Sequence record: SRR20825010_1490
Length of the DNA stretch: 39,367 bases
Strand: one strand, 5' to 3'
Shown: positions 8,800-15,959 of the stretch, piece by piece
How positions within the stretch are numbered: the stretch's first letter is position 1
How the letters are laid out: every line of letters begins with the position of its first letter
Position numbers and translations under genes: made by a program
Notes under the pieces: model-generated
The model's database searches: none
Seen by the model: only the letters and a program-made list of their open reading frames with translations
What the model was told of the DNA's origin: nothing

Positions 8800-9093
8800 A
8801 TGAAATACAGAGCAAGTTGGAATGGAGAAATTTTAGCTGAAAGTAGTGAGATTAAAGAGATAGAAGGAAATAAATATTTTCCTCAGAATAGTCTTAACAA
8901 ACAATTTTTTAAGGAAACAGAAACACATACTACTTGTTCTTGGAAAGGAAAAGCATCTTATTTTAATATTGATGTAGCTGGTAAGACTAATAAAATGGCT
9001 GCATGGTATTATCCAAATCCAACGCCATTGGCAAAAGAAATTAAAGATTATGTAGCCTTTTGGAAAGGGGTAGAAATAACAGAAGAAGGATAG
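8800..9093 (+). CDS. DUF427 family protein
   Basis: EGN.YFP, C.WKG.ASY, AAW.YP.P and I..YVAFW motifs. Confidence 0.9.
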   Translation: MKYRASWNGEILAESSEIKEIEGNKYFPQNSLNKQFFKETETHTTCSWKGKASYFNIDVAGKTNKMAAWYYPNPTPLAKEIKDYVAFWKGVEITEEG

Positions 9094-9096
9094 TAA

Positions 9097-9600
9097 ATGA
9101 ATAAAATAGCACTTAGCGGGAGCTGTTATTGGTGTATGGAAGCTATTTACCAGTCGCTTGTAGGAGTGAAAAAAGTAGCGCAGGGGTTTGTAGCCTCAAA
9201 AGAGTATAAAGACCAATTTTCTGAGGCTATTATTGTTCATTTTATTCCAGATGAAATTTCTTTGAAAACGCTTATAGAAATTCACTTACATACCCATAAA
9301 AGCACTGTTAATCATAGTTGGAGAGATGCTTATAAATCTGCAATCTATACTTTTTCAGAAGAGCAGAAAGATAAATCGATGGAGGTTTTAGAGTTGTTAC
9401 AGAAAGAATTTTCAGAAGAAATAATTACCAAGGTATATAGTTTTGAAAGCTTTAAACCTTCTGAAGAAATGTTTCATAATTATTATTTCAGTAATCCAGA
9501 AAAGCCGTTTTGTAAAAGCTATATCAATCCTAAATTGAAAAAGTTATTAAAAGAATTTTCTGAATTTACAAATAAAGAAAAGTTAGAAAGCACTTTATAA
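9097..9600 (+). CDS. Divergent second MsrA-family protein
   Basis: GSCYWCMEA, Y.SAIY and HNYY..NP...FC motifs. It lacks the PTY..VC..TGH and RQGxDxG segments. Confidence 0.85.
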   Translation: MNKIALSGSCYWCMEAIYQSLVGVKKVAQGFVASKEYKDQFSEAIIVHFIPDEISLKTLIEIHLHTHKSTVNHSWRDAYKSAIYTFSEEQKDKSMEVLELLQKEFSEEIITKVYSFESFKPSEEMFHNYYFSNPEKPFCKSYINPKLKKLLKEFSEFTNKEKLESTL

Positions 9601-9658
9601 AACTGATATATGCAAGCCTTATCGAGGGATTTATTATAGCCAAAATAAATGCTTCCAC

Positions 9659-9698
9659 AAAAGGAGATGAATAAAGCGAAGGCTTTTTAAGAGGTAGT
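9659..9698. repeat. Decayed intergenic repeat copy
   Basis: 9659-9690 matches 32290-32320 at 29 of 32 positions. It is followed by GAGGTAGT, whose reverse complement occurs at 2352-2359. Confidence 0.6.
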
Positions 9699-9758
9699 GC
9701 TTGAGTACTTAATTATGTAATATTCTAAAAAATAAATGTTTAACTTAATTTTATTCGT

Positions 9759-10985
9759 GTGAAAAATTCAAAGCTAGATATTATTAATAAAAAGGGATAT
9801 AAGTTACAAGCTTATTTAGAGCTTCCTGCAAACCAAAAACCTAATTATTATGCAATTTTTGCGCATTGTTTTACATGTAACAGCAGTTTTGGTGCAGTAC
9901 GTAATATAAGTAGGTCGCTTACAAATTTTGGCTTTGGAGTAATACGTTTTGATTTTACGGGTTTAGGACGAAGTGAAGGAGAGTTTGCGGAAAGTCACTT
10001 TTCTGCAAATGTTGATGATTTGCTGGCTGTGAATCAGTTTATAAAAGAAAATTATGCCGAACCTTCACTACTGGTAGGTCATTCTCTTGGAGGGGCAGCG
10101 GTTTTAGTGGCTGCATCTATGTTGAATTCGGTAAAAGCGGTAGCAACTATTGGGGCACCAGCTTCGATTTCCCATGTTAAGCAGTTGTTTTCTCATCAAA
10201 TTGAAGACATAGAAAAGAAAGGAGATATTGAAGTAAACATTGGAGGGAGACCTTTTACAATTGACAAGGATTTTGTGGAAGATTTTGATAAGAAAAACCT
10301 TCCAGAAATTGTAAAATCCTTAAGAAAGCCTTTATTAATTATGCATGCTCCTTTTGATAAGAAGGTTGGGATTGAGAATGCACAAGAATTGTATCATAAT
10401 GCAATGCATCCAAAAAGTTTTATCAGTTTAGATGATGCAGATCATCTTTTGTCGGAGACGAAAGATAGTGAGTATGCAGGAAATATAATTGGAATGTGGA
10501 CACAACGTTATTTCTCTTCAGAAGAAAATAAAATGTTAAGTCCAAATGGCGAGCAATTGGTAGCTCATTTAAACTTAAAAGAAGATAATTTCACTACTAA
10601 TATTCAGACGAAAAATCACGCCTTTATTGCAGATGAACCCCAAAGTTTTGGTGGAGATGATTTTGGGCCAGGTCCCTACGATTATTTAAGCGCTGGATTG
10701 GCTGCTTGCACAACCATGACGATAAAACTTTATGCAGAAAGGAAAGGATGGCCGCTGGAAGAAGTATTTGTATATATAACACATTCAAAAAAACACAGCG
10801 ACGATTTAAAGGTAGATGTAGAAAAACCTGGACGGATTGATTATTTATCCAAGAAATTAAAATTTGTAGGAAATTTGGATGAAACCCAACGGAATAAATT
10901 AAAAGAAATTGCCTCGAAATGTCCTGTTCATAGAACATTACAGAATGAAGTGATTATTGAAACAGAAGAAATTAAAAATCAATAA
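9759..10985 (+). CDS. Bifunctional alpha/beta hydrolase::OsmC protein
   Basis: [16 protein letters not shown] and GHSLGG nucleophile. C-terminal ADEP...GG.D.GP, LAACT and KCPVH.TL (OsmC). GTG start. Confidence 0.92.
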   Translation: MKNSKLDIINKKGYKLQAYLELPANQKPNYYAIFAHCFTCNSSFGAVRNISRSLTNFGFGVIRFDFTGLGRSEGEFAESHFSANVDDLLAVNQFIKENYAEPSLLVGHSLGGAAVLVAASMLNSVKAVATIGAPASISHVKQLFSHQIEDIEKKGDIEVNIGGRPFTIDKDFVEDFDKKNLPEIVKSLRKPLLIMHAPFDKKVGIENAQELYHNAMHPKSFISLDDADHLLSETKDSEYAGNIIGMWTQRYFSSEENKMLSPNGEQLVAHLNLKEDNFTTNIQTKNHAFIADEPQSFGGDDFGPGPYDYLSAGLAACTTMTIKLYAERKGWPLEEVFVYITHSKKHSDDLKVDVEKPGRIDYLSKKLKFVGNLDETQRNKLKEIASKCPVHRTLQNEVIIETEEIKNQ

Positions 10986-10988
10986 AAA

Positions 10989-11264
10989 ATGAAAGAAAGT
11001 ATTGTTGATAGTGTAAAAAGGTATTTTAAGAGTAAAGAAAATAATGATTCTGTAGGGAAATCTCCAGAAGGAATTTGCCCAAACTGTTGGGGAAGCCAAG
11101 AATGGGAAGGGCAGTTTTATGAGCTTATGAGAGCCAAAGACGTAAACCCACTTCATGATAATTATAATAATTTCATCAAAGAATTTGTTACTCAACATAT
11201 AAGTGGTATTATTTTGGACGAACACACGTATACATGTGTTACATGCCAAATAAAGTATGATTAA
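10989..11264 (+). CDS. Small hypothetical protein with CPNC...CVTC
   Basis: 91 aa, tightly coupled to both neighbours, with two CxxC pairs. Confidence 0.75.
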   Translation: MKESIVDSVKRYFKSKENNDSVGKSPEGICPNCWGSQEWEGQFYELMRAKDVNPLHDNYNNFIKEFVTQHISGIILDEHTYTCVTCQIKYD

Positions 11265-12226
11265 TGAGTGGAAATAAGACAAAAATAGGTTTAGGTTTAG
11301 CAGCGCTTGGACGTCCAGAATATATTAATGTAAATAATTCGGTTGTAGATAATAAGTCAGAAAAAGCTTTTAAAAATAATGCATTTGAAGTTTTAGATCA
11401 AGCTTATAAATTGGGAATTCGTTATTTTGATACTACTCCTTCTTACGGAAAGGGAGAAGCTTTTTTGTATGAATGGAATGTTAAACACGGCTACACAGAT
11501 GTTGTTTTGGGCACTAAATGGGGCTATACATATATGGCAGATTGGGAACTTGGATATGCTGGAAAACATGAAATTAAAGAACATTCTTTATCAAAATTAA
11601 CCGAGCAATGGGAAGTTTCTAAAGTGTTATTACCACAGCTTAAGTATTATCAAATACATTCCGCTACCTTAGAAAGTGGGGTTTTATTCAATAAGGACGT
11701 TCTAGTTAAGCTTTCTAAATTAAAAAGAGAATTTGGATTAAAAATAGGCTTAACATCTAGCGGAATTAATCAATCTGAAGTTATAAAAACTGCATTAAGT
11801 TTAGAGATAGATGGTTTAGAATTATTCGATAGCTTTCAAGTAACATATAATATATTTGAACAGAGTGTTTTCAATATTTTAAAGGACGCAATAAAGAAAC
11901 AAAAAACTGTTATTATAAAAGAAGCTTTGGCCAATGGAAGAGTTTTTAAGAATGAGAGTTATCCACATTATTCTGATTTATATGAGCTTTTAAAAACACT
12001 TTCTAAAAAATATAATGTAGGGTTGGATGCCATTGCTTTGCGTTATGTTATGGATAGTATAGAACCTTCCATTGTTTTGAGCGGAGCCTCTTCTAAGTTT
12101 CAATTAATAGATAATTTGAAAGCATATACTTTTGAATTATCTGAAGCGGAAATTGCACTATTAACTAAGCATAAAATTGCTGTAAATGAATATTGGGAGG
12201 AAAGAGCTAAGTTAGATTGGCATTAA
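11264..12226 (+). CDS. Aldo/keto reductase
   Basis: GLGLAALGRP, YFDT..SYG..E, TKWG, YQIHS, Q.TYN and VLSGA...QL..N motifs. Confidence 0.9.
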   Translation: MSGNKTKIGLGLAALGRPEYINVNNSVVDNKSEKAFKNNAFEVLDQAYKLGIRYFDTTPSYGKGEAFLYEWNVKHGYTDVVLGTKWGYTYMADWELGYAGKHEIKEHSLSKLTEQWEVSKVLLPQLKYYQIHSATLESGVLFNKDVLVKLSKLKREFGLKIGLTSSGINQSEVIKTALSLEIDGLELFDSFQVTYNIFEQSVFNILKDAIKKQKTVIIKEALANGRVFKNESYPHYSDLYELLKTLSKKYNVGLDAIALRYVMDSIEPSIVLSGASSKFQLIDNLKAYTFELSEAEIALLTKHKIAVNEYWEERAKLDWH

Positions 12227-12233
12227 GAATGAA

Positions 12234-13295
12234 TTACCGATTAACCCATTCTTTTATAATTTTATTAATTTCACCACTTTCCTTTAGTCTTAATATTTCA
12301 ATATCAATCTGTTTTTTTAATGCATTTGCTTCAGGAAAAGCAAAGCCATAATGTTGAGGTAAAATACCCTTTTTACTTAAAAGAAACCCTTCTTTTTTAC
12401 TATTCTTAAAGATGTGTTCTAAGGGTACAATATCATAAACTAATGCATCTACATCACCATTTATTAATTTTTTATAACCTTCCTTGGCATTTGTTACAAT
12501 TACCGTTTCTCCTCCAAAGATATTAATATTGTCTATTAACTTTTGATTGGATGGCACGGCAACTTTTTTACTTTCAAGATGTGTAAGAGAAGTAATAGTT
12601 TTTCCTTCCTTGGATGTAATTGAGAGCGTTGTAGCAATTCCAGCCACAAAAGAAGTAGCCATAATAAGAGATATAATCATCCAGCTTCCTATAATAAACC
12701 TACCTAAAATGGTTTTTGGAGCATAATCACCATATCCAACAGTTGTCATCGTTACAATAGCAAGCCAAATGCCAGTTCCTATTCCTTTTATAGCACTATC
12801 ACCATACTCTGCTCCCATATGTTTTCCTTCGGCAAGCCAGAATAATATTCCAACAATGGTAAGTACCAATAGCAAACCAAGTACGGCATACAAAAAAGTT
12901 GTACTAAAAAATGGCTGAATACGTTCCCAAAAAGTTAAATCTAGTACAGGAGCTAGAATAGCCATTTCTGTATCAAAATAAGGCTGAGAGAAAGTAGCAT
13001 GTTGAGCCCGATTAGAATTAATGGTTATTGGGCCAATAAAAACATCAATTTTATTGTTTTTTACTGCAAGTAAGCCAGAATCAATTGTTTTGTATGGATA
13101 TAGCTTATATTTAAAATCTTCATTAAATGCTATTTCTCGCCACACATCTACAATTATTCCTTTTGGAGTTTCATTAGTATATACAAAAGGCTCAGACCCA
13201 CCATAACCAACCCGTAAAATACTGTCGTTAACCGATTGTGGATATAAGTTAAGAATGCTTATAGCGGATAAAAGTAAAAAGAAGAGAAAGCGCAT
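12234..13295 (-). CDS. Solute-binding domain + K+ channel pore fusion (GluR0-like ligand-gated channel)
   Basis: Order is signal peptide, SBP family-3 half (EPF...ITI...R...FSQPY), TM1, pore TMTTVGYGD, TM2, second SBP half (YGFAFP...G....I..EW). Confidence 0.9.
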   Translation of the reverse strand: MRFLFFLLLSAISILNLYPQSVNDSILRVGYGGSEPFVYTNETPKGIIVDVWREIAFNEDFKYKLYPYKTIDSGLLAVKNNKIDVFIGPITINSNRAQHATFSQPYFDTEMAILAPVLDLTFWERIQPFFSTTFLYAVLGLLLVLTIVGILFWLAEGKHMGAEYGDSAIKGIGTGIWLAIVTMTTVGYGDYAPKTILGRFIIGSWMIISLIMATSFVAGIATTLSITSKEGKTITSLTHLESKKVAVPSNQKLIDNINIFGGETVIVTNAKEGYKKLINGDVDALVYDIVPLEHIFKNSKKEGFLLSKKGILPQHYGFAFPEANALKKQIDIEILRLKESGEINKIIKEWVNR

Positions 13296-13312
13296 TGTAG
13301 TTTTATTTTATT

Positions 13313-13320
13313 CAAAAGTA
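13313..13320 (-). promoter_or_regulatory. -7 promoter element of the channel gene
   Basis: TACTTTTG on the minus strand, 17 bp upstream of the ATG. Confidence 0.5.
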
Positions 13321-13391
13321 TAAAAATCCTTGGGATGCAGAAAAAAATCTACTGTTTAGATTGTAATTAGAGATAATTATAAATTAAATAA

Positions 13392-14279
13392 CTATTGAAT
13401 ATTTTGGATTAGAGAGTCAATTTCTTTTATAATAAGTTGTTGTTTTGTCCATGGAATAAAATGATTTTCATTTGGAAGTGTTATGGAATTTAGGAGTGTT
13501 TTTGGGAAATAATCCTCAACATATTCCATGTTTTTATAGGGAGCTAAGAAATCCTTTTTTCCATGTAGTATAAGCACAGGAACTGGTATTTTTTTCCATA
13601 AACTTTCCATAGTTTTTAATTCTTCGGCATGAGCATATTTTTCATCGGCTGCTACTACAAAAGCTCTTGGGACTAACCAACGGGTAGCTTTCCATTTGGC
13701 AAAATTTCCAACCCAAAAATATTCTTCTGAATTTGGATCTATTGCTGGAGAAAGCATAACTATGTCTTTTATTTTATTATTTTTTAATGCTGAGAGTGCA
13801 GCAATTGGTCCTCCATAAGAATGTCCTACAACAATTACATTTTTCAAATCTAAAGCCTGGATTATTTCATCTACAATTAAGGCTTGTTTTTCTATGGAGG
13901 GAAGCGACTTTCCAAAACCAGAATAGCCATAACCGGGACGATCGAACGTAATTAGTTTGGTGTTTTTTAATAAGGAAGAATCTTTTAGATACCCATAAAA
14001 AGCGTTCCCAGAACCTGGAGCTCCATGAATAAATAAGACTGTATTTTTTTTAGAATTTCCTGTTTGAATAACCCTTACTTTAGAAGAAATTATGTTTGAA
14101 GGGATGTATTTTATAGAAGCAGAAACTTCCGATTTTTTAAAAATACGTAGTGTTTCTTTATCGGATGTTCTAAATTGAAAAAAGAAATGAGAAAAAACAC
14201 ATAAAACAACCACAAACAGCGCAAAGAGAAAACGCTTTCTTTTTAAAGGGTGTTTTTTATGGTTATTTCTGTATATCAT
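13392..14279 (-). CDS. Alpha/beta fold hydrolase, membrane-anchored
   Basis: N-terminal TM; HGAPGS, DRPGYG.S, GHSYGG, HG..D and NHFIPW motifs. Confidence 0.9.
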   Translation of the reverse strand: MIYRNNHKKHPLKRKRFLFALFVVVLCVFSHFFFQFRTSDKETLRIFKKSEVSASIKYIPSNIISSKVRVIQTGNSKKNTVLFIHGAPGSGNAFYGYLKDSSLLKNTKLITFDRPGYGYSGFGKSLPSIEKQALIVDEIIQALDLKNVIVVGHSYGGPIAALSALKNNKIKDIVMLSPAIDPNSEEYFWVGNFAKWKATRWLVPRAFVVAADEKYAHAEELKTMESLWKKIPVPVLILHGKKDFLAPYKNMEYVEDYFPKTLLNSITLPNENHFIPWTKQQLIIKEIDSLIQNIQ

Positions 14280-15027
14280 AAGTTTTTAGTCGGAGTTCGG
14301 TTCCGTCAAATTCTGCGTAGGTATAATAATGTATCCAGTCTCCTAAATTTACATATTTACTATTGTTATTCAAATCTATTTCAAGAGGTAAGTGTCGGTG
14401 TCCAAATACAAAATAATCGCGGTATTCACTTTCTAGTTTTCGTTTGCAATATTGCACAAGCCATTCATTCTCTTCGCCTAAAAATTTAATATCCTCATCT
14501 CCAGAAATAAGTTTGTTTTTTACCGACAGATATTGTGCTAATTTAACACCTAGATCTGGATGTAGCCATCTAAAAAACCATTTAGCAACAGGATTAGTAA
14601 ATACTTTTTTCATGCGTTTGTACCCTTTGTCGCCTGGGCCTAGACCATCTCCGTGACCGATGAAAAATTTTTTATTGTTAAAAGTAAATTCTTGAGGAGT
14701 ATGATAAACAGGAATATTGAGTTCTTCTTCAAAATAACCATCCATCCATAAATCGTGGTTACCAACAAAATAATAGATTGGGATTCCGGCATCTGTAATC
14801 TCTGCTAGTTTTCCAAAAGTTCTAGAAAACCCTTTTGGAATTACTGTTTTATATTCAAACCAAAAGTCGAATAAGTCTCCTAATAAAAAAATAGCTGCTG
14901 CATCTTGCTTTACTTCGTCGAGCCAAGCAACAAATTTTTTTTCACGGATTGCACTTTCTTTTCGAGTAGGTGCTCCTAAGTGGTTATCTGATGCGAAATA
15001 TACTTTTTTACCTTCAGGAATATTCAT
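14263..15027 (-). CDS. lpxH: UDP-2,3-diacylglucosamine diphosphatase
   Basis: SD.HLG, LGDLFDFW, GNHD, HGD, GH.H and NLGDW motifs. Confidence 0.9.
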   Translation of the reverse strand: MNIPEGKKVYFASDNHLGAPTRKESAIREKKFVAWLDEVKQDAAAIFLLGDLFDFWFEYKTVIPKGFSRTFGKLAEITDAGIPIYYFVGNHDLWMDGYFEEELNIPVYHTPQEFTFNNKKFFIGHGDGLGPGDKGYKRMKKVFTNPVAKWFFRWLHPDLGVKLAQYLSVKNKLISGDEDIKFLGEENEWLVQYCKRKLESEYRDYFVFGHRHLPLEIDLNNNSKYVNLGDWIHYYTYAEFDGTELRLKTYDIQK

Positions 15028-15067
15028 TCTTTGTATTTAAAGATGTAAAGATAGAAAAATTGTTTTT

Positions 15068-15132
15068 GCGTTAGGGGTTGAAGCAAGCTACCGTGTAGCG
15101 CGGAAAACCCGACCCCTTTTGGGGTAACGCCC
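15068..15132 (+). ncRNA. Flavo-1-like structured RNA/repeat element
   Basis: Multibranch pairing: GCGTTA(15068-73)/TAACGC(15125-30), GGGTT/AACCC(15106-10), GCTAC/GTAGC and CCCC-TTTT-GGGG. It is a GC-rich island in AT-rich DNA and resembles the Flavo-1 motif as recalled. Confidence 0.55.
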
Positions 15133-15584
15133 TAGTTATTATCTGTAGCGTACCATTCGGCAAATGAGGTTTCTGTTTCTTGTAGTTTTAAGGAGTGCAG
15201 TTGGATATGCTCAGGAAGTCTTTTTTTAATTTTTTCAGCAAAATCTATGACCATATTTTCGCTTGTAGGTTGATAATCAACCAAAATAACATTGTGTCCA
15301 CGAGTAGAGAGTTCTTGTGCTAATTCTACGTGAGGAGTGTTTTTATTAAATACGGTAGCATGGTCAAAAACATCAACAATATCTTCTTTAACCATTTTTT
15401 TTAGATCTCCAAAATCTATCACCATTCCTAATTTAACATTAGCAGTATCGGTTATTGGAGTACCAATAACTGTAACAGAAAGTTTATAGCTATGCCCATG
15501 TACGTTTCTGCATTTGCCATCATAGCCATATAGGGCGTGCCCAGTTTCAAAGTTAAATTGTTTAGTTATACGTATGTTGCTCAT
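15132..15584 (-). CDS. queD: 6-carboxytetrahydropterin synthase (QueD/PTPS family)
   Basis: FETGH.L, C.N.HGHSY, G.VIDF, DH, PTSEN and ET.TS motifs. ATG 15584 is preferred because the upstream TTG overlaps the -7 box. Confidence 0.9.
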   Translation of the reverse strand: MSNIRITKQFNFETGHALYGYDGKCRNVHGHSYKLSVTVIGTPITDTANVKLGMVIDFGDLKKMVKEDIVDVFDHATVFNKNTPHVELAQELSTRGHNVILVDYQPTSENMVIDFAEKIKKRLPEHIQLHSLKLQETETSFAEWYATDNN

Positions 15585-15602
15585 TACCTTTGGTTCTTTA
15601 TG

Positions 15603-15610
15603 CAAAGATA
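15603..15610 (-). promoter_or_regulatory. -7 promoter element of queD
   Basis: TATCTTTG on the minus strand. Confidence 0.6.
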
Positions 15611-15672
15611 GGGAGTTTTTATGGGTTTTGTTTTTTATCGGTTACGGATATTCATAGAAAATTTCCTACATA

Positions 15673-15688
15673 ATGTTATCGATTACAT
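15673..15688. promoter_or_regulatory. LacI-type palindromic operator (distal)
   Basis: ATGTTATCGATTACAT, a 16-bp palindrome with one mismatch and a central CG. Confidence 0.6.
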
Positions 15689-15795
15689 ATATTCATTAAA
15701 ATCAGTATAAGCATTGATTATTTAGCTTTAAAAACGTTTATTTCGTATAATATTGGCGCTATTTTTATGTTAATATTAAAAAAATGCTGTCAAAA

Positions 15796-15840
15796 TTTGG
15801 AAATTTGTAATTTATAAATATATTTGTGCAATCGATTACA
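15796..15840 (+). promoter_or_regulatory. PUL promoter (-33/-7) with adjacent LacI-type operator
   Basis: TTTG(15796-99)-N19-TATATTTG(15819-26), immediately followed by TGCAATCGATTACA(15827-40). Confidence 0.75.
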
Positions 15841-15959
15841 TGAAATTGTGCTTTACTGCAATCAAAACTTATAGTCAAATAGACTATTTTTTCATAAAAC
15901 GGTAAGGATGGAATTTTTGAAGTCGAATAAATAAACTAGCTAACCAAAAAATAACTTTT

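Noticed and set aside
4363-12226. Selenoprotein cluster (MsrA, MsrB, SelO, Grx and OsmC families can contain Sec)
   Set aside because: All ORFs are intact with Cys codons, there is no in-frame TGA at catalytic positions, and selO ends in TAA.
15585-15660. preQ1 riboswitch upstream of queD
   Set aside because: No preQ1 stem/loop signature is present, and the -7 box sits 18 bp from the ATG, leaving no room.
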